Shown here piece by piece: positions 12,001 to 25,720 of a stretch of DNA of 64,000 nt. Location of the stretch: positions 37,574,001-37,638,000 of the forward strand of contig NC_087447.1 in the NCBI RefSeq assembly GCF_036321535.1, written 5' to 3'. The position numbers and the translations under genes are program-made. This stretch comes from Camelus dromedarius. Its lineage: Eukaryota. The notes under the pieces are model-generated. The model worked only from the letters and a program-made list of their open reading frames with translations. It had not been told where the DNA came from and made no database searches. Position 1 is the stretch's first letter; the number at the start of each line of letters is the position of its first letter.

Positions 12001-13169
12001 ACTCTCTTTCTCCAGAAACGTGTTACGTGTCTCTTCTTTCACCACTTTGTCATTTGCTCTATTTCAGATCCAAGGTGTCCTTTAGCTGTGCTTTCAAAGA
12101 CTCTCTGTCCTCTAAGTCAACAGCTGTTGTAAAAGTGGCCCCTCAAACAGTATCTCATTGCTTAACCATCACAGCTCTGCTCACAGTGTCTGCAAGAAGC
12201 AAATATTCAGCAACTTTGTTGCAATGAATACATTTTGAGCAACTGTTGTGTGCTTACCCCTGATCTAAGCATCGCAAAAGACGAATGAGTAGGACCCAGG
12301 TCCTGCCTCTCACGGGTAAAATAAAGCAGATGATTGTAGTGAGTCCCAGTCTTTTTACTTCATGGTAGGCACACACAAAAAAAATGATAATAAATTTATG
12401 GGAAACCTGGGACAAATTCACAAGGCTGCTAGTGGTCAGAGGCAATCAGCCCAGGGATTCCGGCTCCCCCAGCCCCACCAAATCACCCTATGGTATTGGG
12501 GATCAGAGCCTCTACCTTTTGAGAAGATATGCTGGTAGAAAATCATAGTTCTCTTTGCTCTTTTCAGGCATTTGTGCTCCACCACTGAATGTGGATTCTG
12601 CAGTTGAAATCCAACATAGTTAGTACCTTCCCAACTTGTAGAGTACATCATGTTAATGAGGGTCATTTCTTTAGCTGCAGCTTCTTTTTTCCCAGTTTTT
12701 TTTGTTTGTTTGTTTGATTTTTAACATCAGTCTGCCCCTAAACTGCTAGACTGGGCTCACAGGAAATAGACTGAGTAGGCAAGGAATAAGATATTAACAG
12801 GAAAACTCAGAGACAATTGAACTGTTTTGCTTCTTGTTTAGTGTGAGGATATGGAGGTGGTTTTGCAGTTTGTTTTCTGGTATATGCATTTAGAAAGATC
12901 TGTAAAGAGGACCCTGATTTCCAGGCATTCCATAACAGTTTTTTAACTCTACTGAAACAAAGCAAGGACTAATAAACTTGTCCTTCAAAAAAGTACAAAT
13001 AAAGTGCTCTGGAGATTATAAAATTCCTGTGTGTGATGATGAATGGATTAAAAAGAATGATTTTTTCTCCCAAAAGTTATTTTCAGTTATACTCATTATT
13101 ACCCTGTTGTTTTTATTTTTTGTCAACACAGTTGAGTGTGTTGGAGGAGAGGAAGTCGCTGAGAAAAAC

Positions 13170-13795
13170 CAGCATCGTGTGTGGCGTACTAAGAACATAC
13201 CAGAACCCCAGTGGTTTCCTGCCAGAGACGTACACTTGAATCTAATCATGAGGAAACATCAGACAAACCCAAAGTGAGGGACACTCTGAAAAACAGATGG
13301 CTTACACTCTTAAAAATATGTCAATATTTCAGACTAGGGAATTTTTCCAGATAAAAGGAGACTAAAGAGTAATGAAAATTAAATACAATGTGTGACCCTG
13401 AATTGGATCCTAAGCCAGAAAAAAAATGCTATATAAGACATTATTAAGATAATTGGTAAAATTTGAATAATGCCTGTAGATTAATATCAATCTTAAATTT
13501 GATTTTGATAATTACACTGCATTTATATAAGAAAATAGCCTCACTCTTAGGAAAAGCACACTGAAATACTTACATAGAAAGGCGTATATATATATACATA
13601 TATATATAATGTAAATATATAGATTTGCATAATTATAATTATATATGTATAGTATATACTAACTATAAAGGGTTGTAGCAAAGTGTTGCAAGTTTTGACA
13701 ATTGGTGAACCTGGATGTAAGGTATATGGGAGCTCTTTTACTATTATTGAAACTTTTCTGTAAGATTAAAATTATTTCAAGTTAAAAAGTTAAAG
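13170..13795 (+). mobile_element. Old L1 (L1MC/ME type) 3' UTR
   Basis: ctgaatctaatcatgaggaaacatcagacaaaccc-like motif; ends aaacttttctgtaagattaaaattatttc plus A-rich tail. Confidence 0.8.
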
Positions 13796-14191
13796 AGCTC
13801 GTACATAAGTCATTAAAAATTATACCTTGCATTTCTTTGCATTGCTTCCTACTTTCTGTATTCTTTGCTCCCTTCTTCTTGCTTTCATAACTTCCACCAA
13901 AAAAAAAAAAACTAAAAAAATAGGAAAAATAAATCTAACAGTTCCTTATACTTGGTAGTAGGAACAATTCATTGATGTTCTGCAAAAATGTTGGTTGAGT
14001 GAAAAACAAAGATTCACAGTAGAAAGAGCTTAGCTCTTTGAAGAAGGGATCACACGTGGAGGAGACCGAACAACATCCTGAAAATGGCCTCTAGTGCTAA
14101 AATTCTTCATATTTAATCAAGCCTGGCCAAAAGTATCAACCTTCTTGCCTAATTAGAGGGCTCTGGAAGCTGGTCTAGGTCTGGGCATCTG

Positions 14192-14613
14192 TGTACCCAG
14201 TGTTAGTTTGCTAGGGCTGCCGTAACAAAATCCCACAGACTGGGTGGCTTAAAACACAGAAATTTATCGTCTCAAAGTTCTGGAGGCTACAGGTCCAAAG
14301 TCAAGGTGTCGGCAGAGTTGGTACTTTCTGAGGGCTTTGAGGGAAGGATCTGCCCCAATTCTCTCTCCTTGGCTTGTAGAAGGTCGTTTTCTATCTGTGT
14401 CTTTTCACGTCATCTGCCCTCTGTAAGTGTCTCTGGGTCCAAATGTCCCCTTTTTATAAAGACACCAGTCATGTTGGATTAGAGCCCACCCAATGACCTC
14501 ATTTTAATTTGACTACCTCTGTAAAGGCCTATCTCCACATAAGGTCCCATTCAGAGGTATTAGGGGTTAGGACTTCCGAATTTAGGGTGGGGGACACAAT
14601 TCAACCCGCAACA
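14192..14613 (-). mobile_element. MLT1B-type MaLR solo LTR
   Basis: ttagtttgctagggctgccgtaacaaaatcccacagactgggtggctt...ggggacacaattcaacccgcaaca. Confidence 0.85.
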
Positions 14614-15749
14614 CCCACCTGTGGACAGAGTCCTGGACTCCATTTTCTCTAAGAGTGCTCGTAGCATTAACATTTTACATTTCTTCAACATCCAATCAGT
14701 GCACACTGATTGGCCAAAACTCAGCTCCAATCCATCCAAAGATATGGAATTTTACATTTCCAAACCTGCAATGAGAAAACAAATCAAACTTTGGAAAAAA
14801 CACACCAGCAGCCCATCACGACTACCTTTTGCAGTAAGATAGAGATGTTGAACATGACCACTGGGGCTTGCTATCCACCATAATCTTTCTGGTATATTTC
14901 CTGTGGCTGAAAGTTGAAGGTTTAGCAAATCCTTCCAATCATCTTTGCATAAATATTGACCAAATGTCTACCCCGTGTCAAGCACAGCACTAGTGCTGAA
15001 ATGAAGGTGAACAAGACCAGCATTCCAGTGGAGCTTACATGCTAGTGAGACTGAATGGGAGTCATGCTTACTGACTTCCCTCTGTTTAGCTGGAATGGAG
15101 AAGAAGAGCGGAGGAGAGAGGGATACTGAGAGATATTTCAACACAAGGCTATTCCACTAGCAATTAGAACGTGTCCTGGAAGGAGCCTGAAATGCGAAAT
15201 TACTTTGACTCTACTATCCACTCAGTTGGCTCAGTTCCCACTGGCCTCTCATTATGGAGCTTCTCAAATTTCCTGAGTGTGACGCTATGAGATTTTCAAG
15301 GGTAATTTTGACTCTGAGGTTTTTGCATTAAACTTTGGAACCATATATGCACAATCCCTAAGGTAAAATCAACTGACAAAATCAACTAGTGTGCCAGTTT
15401 ATGGATTTACAATCAACTACCAAGTTTGGTGGTTAAGGGTGAGAGAGAGAGAGAAAGTGAACAGTTTACAAGAGATCGCAAACTAATAAACTCTCCTTTC
15501 TGTTCCTCAATCCCCCAGACTAGTGTTTTCCTGTTTGCATGTTTGTTTAAGGAAGCAAAGCCCTGTGCTTGGAGTAGAGGCTCTAGATTTCGTGGTGCTG
15601 AACGACTTGGCATCTCCAAGTATAAATTATAAGGTGTATAGAATGGAAGCCTGACTCCTAAGCTAGACAAAGTTGAGACCAAAATAAAGTCCAGATTTTT
15701 CTCTCAAAGGCATAAGGGTTCTGTCCCTGTCCTGAATCCACAGTAGGCC

Positions 15750-16700
15750 CTTGATTAAAATCTGTTGGTTAAAAACATTACCTTTCGTTATGATGCATCT
15801 TCTCATTTTTCTTCCATGCTGAGAATGATGATTTCCATTTGTGATGATCAGCCACAACATAGATGCAAATGTGTTAAGTAAAATTAGGTGTATCAGAGCA
15901 ACCATCTTATAAAAGACCATTTTACAGCCTAACCCAGCCAGTAGAGCATCATTTTTGCTCTATGTACTATATGCAAATGCTCAGATTATAGCTAATTATA
16001 TTGTTGCAAAGCAGAGCCAAGAAACTGCTACAATACTCCTAGTCTCCTTGGGGAACAAGCCATGAAAAGAACTTTTTTTTTCTCCTCCTTTGTAAATTAC
16101 ACTATGATATAATTGGGTCTCACTGTTCATGTAACACTCCGCTCAGGGATAGCGCAAGAGAAACGAACAATGTCTTACTAAGTCCCTGCTAAGATCATTA
16201 AATGTAGATCACAACACACTAGCAGGTGCCCAAATCTTAATGTGTCACAATAACAAAACCGGGAAAAGAAAAAAGTGACAATTTGCGTCATATTATTTTT
16301 CTCTTACAATGGAGTTTAAGGTAATAAAGTGTTAATGAATTCGGCCCTGTGTAGTTGGCATTGTGAGAGAACTTTTTTTTAAATTTTTTACTACATTGTA
16401 GGAAAAATTGTCATATTCTGTTAAGCAGCTGTTTAGAGAAAAGCTTTGACAGTGTATAATTGACTCTATTTTTACTGCATTTTCATACAGCATTGTTAGG
16501 ATTATATACTGTACTGAATTCTGCTTTTTAGTTTTACGCACTAAGAAATGTTCCCTTTAGACGATTTTTCACTAGGAGTAAACAAGAGCCCAGCTAGCCA
16601 GTCAAAAATGACATATCCTCGGGTTCTTCCACTGGACACCTTGAGGCGAATTATTGAATTATTGTCAGAATGCTTCCTGAGGAAAGAGACCTCCCAGATC
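15750..16700. promoter_or_regulatory. Candidate conserved enhancer rich in octamer (POU) and SOX motifs
   Basis: ATGCAAAT at 15863 and 15971; SOX-type ACAATG/CATTGT at ~16167, 16306, 16359, 16394, 16491; TAATTA ~15993; no recognisable repeat for ~1 kb. Confidence 0.5.
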
Positions 16701-16750
16701 GACCCCCTCAGCCTACAGCTGGAGCAATACATAAATATATTCCTAAAATT

Positions 16751-16796
16751 ACACACACACACACATGCACACACACACACACATGCACACACACAG
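16751..16796 (+). repeat. Imperfect (CA)n microsatellite
   Basis: Read directly from the sequence. Confidence 0.95.
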
Positions 16797-17284
16797 TACA
16801 CCAAAATGGTAACCACAGTTCTCAGAGGTTTTCTCTAGGAAATAAGAATTTGAGAACTGTGAGTGATTTCTCCTTCCGTTATTTATTTATTTGCATTTCT
16901 CTCTCTCTCTCTTTTTTTTTTTCAGCAGCATCTTTCTCCTGGGGAAGGGAGGAGGGTTTTTAATAAGCCAGCTCCCTGACTCCCACCATGTGCCCTTTCC
17001 CTCTGCCATGCTGATAGGTGTTGCAGACATACTTGCCAACCACTTTATTCCTAAGATCTTGTACATTGTAAGTTTAGCTTTATTTCTCTTTGAATTCAAA
17101 TCAATGTGTCGTGGATTCTAAGAAGATATTCCATATTTGTCTTTTTTTCCCTCCCACTTTCAGTTGTAACAATGTAATATCGCCTCCTGGTTGAGAAGAG
17201 CAGTGATAGAGGGCCCATGCCTCAGAAAGGACAGTGGCTCCAGACTTCCTGTGCCATCTTGGCATGTCCGGGGCTGGCCATCAG

Positions 17285-17522
17285 CCTTGGTTAAGAACAT
17301 GACCTTCTGGAGTCAGAAAAGCTTGCGTTTTAATCTTGGCTCCATCATATATTGCTCATGTGACCTCCGGCCAGCTGATTCCTTAAAGCCCTTTTAAATG
17401 AGACCGACCATTGAAAACCCACTAGGGTATTATGAAGATTAAATGAGATAACGCATTTATAAAGCACTTAGCAACATCCCCCACGCATAGTGAGTATTCA
17501 GTAAGTGAATGCTGTCGTTGTT
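17285..17522 (+). mobile_element. MIR SINE
   Basis: tggttaagaac...ctggagtcaga...tgtgacct...gattaaatgagataa...aaagcacttag. Confidence 0.75.
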
Positions 17523-17934
17523 ATGATCCATGACAGACAAGGACCCACTGCATTATTTTTTTTAATAAAAGGGAGGCATTAAAACTCTTGTCTTGACAAA
17601 CATAAATTGATTCTCTGACTCTCCCACCCCTTCCTCTGTTTGTGCACCTTCCCCTTGTCTGTTCATATTTTTCTGCGAACTTGCAGTTGCTGCAAATGAG
17701 TGGAGCAAAATGGGAATTCAGATTAATTGAAAATGCATGTGTCAATGTCACCATGTGAGAAAGGTGCCATCGTTCGGGCCATCACTTCCTATCACATACA
17801 TACGGGTGCACACACACACACATGCACACACAGGATGTCTGAATTATTCTGTGGTTCTCCAAGAAAGGTAATGCCACTATTTCTCAGTGTAGGGGGTGAT
17901 CATCTGCAGAAGTGAAATGATTATTTTTCTAATA

Positions 17935-18150
17935 GTGATAATAACAGCCATAGCTTATAAAGTACTGCTCCATACTCTTTATATGTATTAATGGATTTAC
18001 CACTCACTGCAATCCTACAGGATAGTAGTACCATGATAGCTGTCTCACAGGTGAAGAAACTGAGACATAGAGAGGTTAAGTGATTTGCTGAAATCGCACA
18101 GAAAGTAAGGGGCTGAGCTGGGATTCACACCCAAGAAGTCTGGCTTTGTG
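17935..18150 (-). mobile_element. MIR SINE
   Basis: acaggtgaagaaactgagacatagagaggttaagtgatttgc...ctgggattcacaccca. Confidence 0.75.
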
Positions 18151-19509
18151 GAACACACATTTACTGTTCTCTAAGGAGCGAACATCTCCCACTTATTGAG
18201 CATTTCCTCTGTGCCAGGTACCCTGTGTTTATGGTATCTCCTTTCCCTACCCTTACTTGACATTGCAGAGTTAGGAAGGGATAGAATCCAGCTCCAGACT
18301 TAGTCTTATCTGACTCAAAAATCATGCTGTCAGCTCCTGGAATATACAAGCAAATGGTGGCTTTTGAGGAAACTCTAGGAGACTGAACTCAAGTGCCACC
18401 TCCCTCAGAAATGTTTCTGTCAACAGCTGCCTATACTTATCTCACCTTGCTGGGAATCCACACAACACTGAGCACCTGCATTTCAAGTGTTTGATGCCTT
18501 TGGGCTTCCATGATTGTGTCACATGAGTTCCCTGAAGCTCCCTAAAGAAAAATGGAAGACATTGGAGAGCTAGGCTCATGTCTTTCCCCTCACCTATCCC
18601 CAGAGCATTTGGCACAGAATTAGGCACATGATGGACAATCACTCATTTTAGTGAAGACTTTATATGAAATCTAAAAATCGAACAAAATAGAAGTACCACA
18701 GAAAAAGATTTAGGCAATTTTTGTGCCCCAAATTCTCATCCTTTGTCCACGCTCCAATTATCCCCTCAGTAAGACAAAACCTTGCCACTTTGTATCAACA
18801 ACAAAACTCACAGAGCAGCAGAGACAATGCCATCCTCTTTGATCTGCCATCTCTGCAGTACCAGATAGCAAGGGTCCTGATGGAATTGGATGTTTCCATT
18901 CTGCACTGTTCCATCCAGCTCAGTGAGGGCACCTGGGGTCCCCTTCCTAATGATCTTCTTCATGTAGACCAGCATCCTCAGAAAAAGGTTCTCTAGGCCC
19001 ATCCAACTCTTGGAGGTCAGATGGACCCCCTTTATCTGATTATCTCTCTACACTCCTCAGGTTTCTTCTGAAAAGGGGCTGCTTCCAGATCCATCTCTAA
19101 GCACTCCCTGAAGGCCAACACCCATGGCCATTAAGCAAAGGGAGATGTTTCTAATAATCCTTGTTGAGGAAATGAAATTCAACATTACCTTAGAGAAGTT
19201 CTCAAACCTTCAGATAGTATCCAGGTTACAGTCTTGGATAAAGTTATGACAATTGCCAAGGGCACTTCATCTATGCCCCATAGGGTCCCACTAGCAGTTA
19301 TGGGCTATGACTCTTGAGAATATGAGTTCCAAATACCTCAATGACACAAGATTCTTTCCACAAGCAATGAAGTATCCTAAAAATGCTATAGTGTAAGAGT
19401 CTAAATCACATCCCTCACCCTCCTTTTTCACCCTGAGAGCATGGTATTATGCTCAAACCTTATATTACTATTGCTCTATTCTCCCCTCTTATCCTTCCCT
19501 ACCTGATGC

Positions 19510-19595
19510 CACCCCCATCCTGACAACCAAATATGTTTCCAGACACTGCCTAGTGCCCCTGGGGGGAAAATTACTCCCATTGAGAACCACTGCTC
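19510..19595 (+). mobile_element. MER20-like hAT fragment (3' end)
   Basis: tgacaaccaaatatgtttccagacactgcc...cccctgggggg...ttgagaaccactgctct. Confidence 0.7.
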
Positions 19596-20664
19596 TGGTT
19601 GGAGAAGAATGGTCCTTCCCTAGATCCCCTAACAGAGGGAGGGGCAGGGAGGAGAGGAGGGAGGATATGGGGAGACATCAGGCATCCTGATCTGGACCTA
19701 GGTGATGCTTCCAGGAATGCCTCCTGAAATACTGGCCTTTCCTGGGCCTCCATGGTGACTGTCCCAGCACCACCAGCGACTGGCTAGTTGGGCCCAGGCT
19801 GTTTTTCTTTCTGTCAAGAAATCAAGGAAGGGTGAAGCCCAGCCAGGTAGACACCCAGAAAGCAACCTGAGATACCAATATGTAAACCCTTTGGGAAGAA
19901 TGGATGTATGAGAGTAGCCCCCACACAGGGTCCAAGTATCTCTGGGAGATGTCCCAGTATAACCTACCCCTCTTGACATCATTCTTTGTAAGTCACTGGT
20001 TGTGCAACGAACATGCACATATTCTGTTGAAGTACAGATAAATTATTCTGAAAATATTCATTGAACACTTACTATGTGCCAGACAAATTCACCCACACAC
20101 CATAAACATGCCTGTATGACTGCATATGATTACCAGGACACAGACACACCAAGGATATACAGACCGCATATTCCATAAATGGCAACACATACATGAATAC
20201 ACACAAATATACATGCAAACACATAGCATTGTCATGTATACGTGTGTATAGTCACACAAAATCATACATATTACATTAGAGATGGTGCAAGTAACTCACA
20301 TCGGTGTTAATTAAAAGGGGGATTTATTGTTTATAAAATCAAGATGAGGTGGGACAAGGAAGCTGTGTACAGAGCAAGGATGCAGGTGAGTCTCAGGAAT
20401 GAACTCAGAACTACAGGCTTCATCAATCTCATAACCCACTCTGGTCTCTGTGCCTCCAGTCTCTGTTTCTCTCTGTGCTGACTTTGCATAAAAGGCATGT
20501 GTGTAGCCCAGTGAGGGAAGAATGACCTTTATGCATGTATGAGAAACATGACTGTGCATTTCCTGATCTCTAGCCACAGATCATGGTAGATAGAAATTAC
20601 TAATGTGCTTTCTGGTTCCAAGACCAAAAGTCCAAGGGAGGGGACAACTGATTGCAGTGCCCAT

Positions 20665-21055
20665 TTGTTGTCGTCAGCTTGGGATAGGTTATGCTGCAAC
20701 ACGTAGGTTAACAACAACAATGAAAACCCCTAAAACCTCCATGAAAACCTAAGGTTTACTTCTTACTTCTGTTACATGTTTGTCATGGGTTGGCCATGGC
20801 TCTGTTATGCGGCATGTCCTTTCTGGGACCCAGGATGATGGAAAAGCTTTTATCTGAATATCACAAGCCTTATGGCAGAAGGAAAGGAGAAGTGGCAAGC
20901 CATCCAAGGGCTCTTAGGACTTCTGCTCAAATGTGGCATGTGTCACCTGGGCTCTCATTCCATTGGCCAAAGGAGATCATTGAGTCATTCCTAACATCGC
21001 TGGGGGAAAGAGACAAAGAAAGCCTTGAATAGTGATCCAACCTATCACACCATCT
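20665..21055 (-). mobile_element. Old MLT1 (J/K/L-like) LTR
   Basis: ggataggttatgctgc...aacaac...aaggtttacttctt...tcattccattggccaaag. Confidence 0.6.
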
Positions 21056-22929
21056 CCTGACCATGGTAACCAGGTGAGTGCATACTAAAACTGACTCATT
21101 CCTAGACAAATTAAATTAGGCCAGGAGGCAGGACCAGGTGGTGCTACTATGGTGACTCCAGTGGTCATACTGTGAATAAAGAGGAACACTGTGAATAGTT
21201 TTCTCAAATGGGGACTGCCAGGCAGATAACAGTACTGTGTTATAGAGATATCTCAGATGAACTAACGAGCAGACGTGTGCTCAGCCCAACAAACTATACA
21301 GCCTACACACATACACACACTTGGTAACTCCCAGGCACGGATATGGGCACACGTACGCAGACAGGCAAACACACTCACATGCATAAGCTCACATATGAAC
21401 CTGTACTGGTGCCTGTGTGCACACGTACATGCACCATGCACATGTTGGGGTCCGGCCTGCCCTCATTTACATGTGAACCCACACGCACACGCCACCCTCA
21501 AGCACACAGGCACACTCCATCTCAGCAGGGAGTGGCTGCTTCCACGCTGGAGAGATCAAAGGCAGCTGCTCCCTCTGCATATTTAAGGAGCCCCTGCTGC
21601 GTCCCTGTAGCTCTTAGCTGAGCCCCCTGCCTAGGCAAAGCCCCACTCTGGGAAATGCTGCTCACCCCCAACTCCACCCCAGGGGAAAGTCTTTGGAATC
21701 TGAGCATTTACTTCCCCAAGCCTTTTAGGGAGAATCCAGAGACAAGCCCAGGGTGGAGCCCTGGAGGGGCAGCCTGGCCCCCAGCTCCAGGGCCCAGGGC
21801 TGTAGTCAGGCCTGTCAGGCAGAGGGGATAGTGCCCTGGGGCAGCCAAGCTCAGTCCCAGGGGAGGAAAGACTGGCATCGCCCACTCACCAAGAACTTGT
21901 GTCTCCGCCTGAGGAACAATTGTGCCACCCAGAGACTTGACGTCGGACTTGAGGCTTGGTAGAGCAAGGCCCAGGCAGGGAGCCAAGCCCCAGGTCACAG
22001 ACCTGGCTTTGCCATCAACGCATTTGGACCAGTTGCTTTCCTTTCTGGGCCTCAGTTTCCTAGAAAAGTAAACATTCAGAGCTATCCAATCCAGGAATGG
22101 CAAACACCTGGCATACCTACCGCTGCTGCAACTCATCCGTCACTAACCCACACGGCGCCCCTCCTGGCCGAGACTGAATGAGGCCTCTGATTAATTCTAC
22201 ACAGAATACTCTTTGTAGAGATACTGATTCATCAGAGCAGGCTCATGACAGGAAAACTATCACCAGTCCTGATCTATTCCTAGGACTTCACTGAATGGAT
22301 GAAGAAAATGGGGCCCAGAAGAGGGAGAACTGTTCCTCTAACCTCTCAGAAGTGAGGAGGCTGAAGCACATGCACACTCAGCCTCCCCTCCCCCACCCCG
22401 CTCTCATCCAAAAGAGGTCATGGGTTTCCTCTTGTTGGCAACCTCCGATCAACTTGCAAGAATTGCAGGAAACTCAATGTTGAGCAGACTCCATAAGACT
22501 GTGCCTGGGCTCCATCGGAAAGGGCATCGTTATCCATTACCAACATCTGCCTCAGCGCACTTGTACAGAGGGGACACCATTCTAGGCTCAGCCACGTGTA
22601 TAATGGGGGCAAATGACACACTTTCCTACACACGCAAGATAATCATCCTGACCTGACTATAAAAGGAAATGTGCTCTTTCCCAGGAGTGGAGATGCTTTG
22701 GGTTGAGTGAGCCCTGCGAGACATGTAGGAGCCTATTTAAAAAATCACTGCCAAGGAGGAGATAAGTCCTGGGGCTCAACAGCCAATCAGCAATCCCTTC
22801 CTACTCTTGGGACCCCCATGAAAGTCTGCTTCTAGGCTGATTCAATCTGCTCACCAGGAAAAAAAAATGGGCACAGTATCCATACTCTCTGGTTCTTTTA
22901 TGCAATAATAACAATACCAAAGCAACAAC

Positions 22930-23150
22930 AATATAAAACAACAAATTATTGAGTACCTACTATATGTCAGGTATTATGCTTGGCTCTGTACACACAGTGG
23001 GTCTAATTCTTGCAACATTGCTGCAAGATGGGTTATATATTTATACTTCACAGACACAGAAATGGATGCTCAGAGAAGTTATGTGACTTGCCCAATATCA
23101 CTCAGGTAAGAAGAGGGTAGATCTGAGCCCATATCTGTGTGCCAAAGCCT
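22930..23150 (-). mobile_element. MIR SINE
   Basis: ttattgagtacctactatatgtcagg...gctcagagaagttatgtgacttgccc. Confidence 0.75.
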
Positions 23151-23439
23151 CTTCTCTTTTTCACTAAATAATGGTCAGATCTGTTTTGAATCAAAATAAG
23201 AGAAAACATGAGCTCCGTGAGTTAAAAACCAGATAGCTTTGGGGTGCGGGTTAAAAGAATGGGATATGGATATTCAAATCTTAATAGCATTTCTCCCATC
23301 CCTCAGTTTTTAAAGTCTGCAACTTCTTTCAATCAAATTTAAAACTAAAGCATGAGTACCACCCAGATTTCCAGATTTGGGTAAACAGGTATAAAAATTC
23401 TATTTAAAATGCTGAATGCTATTTATTAAACTTTTATTC

Positions 23440-24060
23440 TCTTTCTCTTTTTTTTTAACCACAAAAGCATAACACCACCAATGAAGAAAGTAGAAAAAAT
23501 ACAAATAAACACACAGAAGAAAATAAAAAATACTCCTAACTTCCTAATCTCTCCACCAGAAATAACCATTGTTAATACTTCATTCAGTACACAACTTCCC
23601 AGAATTTTTCTGTACATATTTTGCTTATGTGAATTTATACTGCAGTGCTGTTCTCATCATCTGCCTTTTCTTTTCATGATCTCATGTTGTTCATCTACTG
23701 TGTCATTGAAATCCACTGGGTAATAGAACTTTTTGTATATGTATCATATTTTATTTAACCAATATCTACTATCGGACATTTAGGTTATTTTCAATTAAAT
23801 GCCATCATCATTAAAAATATTATAAATAAATCTTTGCCCATCTACATGGTAGGTGATTTCCTTAGAATAAATTTCTAGAATTTGAGGGCCAAATGTATGA
23901 ATATCTTAAGGGTTTTGTTACCTAATCCAAATTGCCCTCCAAATGTAATTTTTTTGTAAAAAATTTGTATCAGTTTACAAACTCTATCAGCTTCCCTTGA
24001 TCTTTGCCAATACTAGACATTATTTCAGTTTTAAACCTTTGACTGCTTCTTAACACTTGT
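23440..24060 (-). mobile_element. Old L1ME-type 3' region
   Basis: Antisense L1ME motifs: ataaccattgttaatact...ttatttaacca...ggacatttaggttattttc...ccaaattgccctcca. Confidence 0.65.
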
Positions 24061-24794
24061 GAATATGAAAAAAGAGTGAAGCACTTTGGAAGGGTCCCAT
24101 GGGGTACCCTGGAGGTCACAGGCATTGATGGTGAAAATGGACATGTTGGTCTATTTAAGTGGACAGGCGTTAGCATCACTTGAAAAGGCAGCACTGGTAC
24201 ACCAGGTCACGTGACGACACTCCATCCCAAAACCGCACAGCACAGACTCAGGTGTAACGTACTGTGGAGTGCTGCCTCCCCAGCCAGAGAGCAAGCTCGG
24301 TGAGGGCAGGGACTAGCCACGTTCGTCCCTGCCAAGGCCTGGTGCAGGGCCCTGCACACAGGTGGTATCTCTGGATCCACTGCCTTCATCTCGGTCAATG
24401 ATGAGGTCATCCGGGGTTAGAGCATCCAGCCTGAGGCCCTGCAGGAAAACTGAAAAGGGAGATGGCCTGGCTCAGGGGAGCAGTCATAGGACTTGGATTT
24501 AGGAGTTCAGAGCTCAAGTCCCGGCTTCCCTGCTTACTTCAGGCAAATTTTTAAACCTCTCTGAATCTACTTGCCTCAACTAGAAAAAGGACGTCAGTAT
24601 TCACTAAGCCTGGGTTAAATTAATTAATGGATAATCAATTGACAAGCACTGTACCGATACCCTGGTACTAATGATCATATCAAACACTAGGAGTTGTTGT
24701 CTGGATGTCCCTCGCCAGCCCTAAACTGCAAACTCAGAATTAATCACGTCAAACTTTTCTTCTTCTTTAAAAAAATTTCAGTAAATGATGAGGG

Positions 24795-25030
24795 CTAGGG
24801 TGTTCAGGCAGATAGACCTGAATTTGAATACTGGCTTTACCACTTACTAGCTTTGTGATCTTGGGCAAGAAACCTAAACATTCGAAATCTCAAGTTTTCT
24901 TTACTGTAAAATGGGGATAACAATAGTGTAAACTTCACAAAGGAAATAATATATCTACTGTGAGGACCAAAGGAGATAATAATATATGTGCGAGTGCCTG
25001 GCCCAGCCTGGAGGTATAGCAGAAATTCAT
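24795..25030 (+). mobile_element. MIR SINE
   Basis: cacttactagctttgtgatcttgggcaag...ctgtaaaatggggataacaatagt. Confidence 0.8.
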
Positions 25031-25094
25031 GAAGTTTCCCCTTCTCCCTAACAACTGTAAGTAGAACTCCCCTGTCAGTCAACCTCAGCCTCCT

Positions 25095-25720
25095 ATCTGT
25101 CATTTTCTGTTGTATAACAAATCACCCCAAACTTGCTGCCTTAAAATGGCAACCATGAAATGAGCTCAGAATTCTGGGGATCAGCAGTTGCTGGGAACTG
25201 GTGGGTGGTTCTTCTGCTGCCTCTGCTGGGCTCCTGCATGTGGCTGCAGTCAGCCAGCAGGACATGGCTGAGTATCACGGTGGCAAAGGAGGTAACTAGG
25301 CCATCGGGCTCATCATCCAGTCAACTACTAGGGGCTTGTTCACATGATGGTATGTACAGATTTCCAAAAGTAGCAAGAGGGCAAGTCAATATGCATAAGC
25401 CTGGAAACGGCCCTCTGGCCAAAGCCAGACGTGTGGCCAAACCCAGAGTCTAAAGGTAGAGAACTAGCAGGGAGGGTATAGCTCAAGTGGTAGAGTGTGT
25501 GCTTAGCATACACAGGGTCCTGGGTTCAATCCCCAGTACCTCCTCCAAAAATAAATACATAAACCTAATTACCACACCCTCAAAAATAATAATAAAAAAA
25601 ATTAAAGTGTAGAGAACTAGACTCTACCTCTGGGTGGGAGAAGCTCCAACATCACATCAAACAGGGGTGTAAACACTGAAATGGGAAGAATCCGTGGCCA
25701 TTTTTGCAATTTATCTCAGA
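25095..25720 (-). mobile_element. Old MLT1 LTR interrupted by a SINE
   Basis: tgtataacaaatcaccccaaactt...ttaaa start; tggccaaacccagagtc...gtggccatttttgcaat end. Confidence 0.7.
25468..25608 (+). mobile_element. tRNA-derived camelid SINE (Vic-1 type) with 12-bp TSD
   Basis: A box tagctcaagtgg, B box ggttcaatcc, A-rich tail; TSD gtagagaactag at 25456-25467 and 25609-25620. Confidence 0.9.

Noticed and set aside
20090..21520. His/Thr-rich ORFs and apparent repeats in CA-rich tracts (also 31620-31850)
   Set aside because: Low-complexity decayed (CA)n/(TG)n sequence explains them.
25471..25543. tRNA gene (also 58227, 58470-58547, 59310-59387)
   Set aside because: A and B boxes are present but followed by SINE tails and flanked by TSDs, with no intact acceptor stem; these are SINEs.
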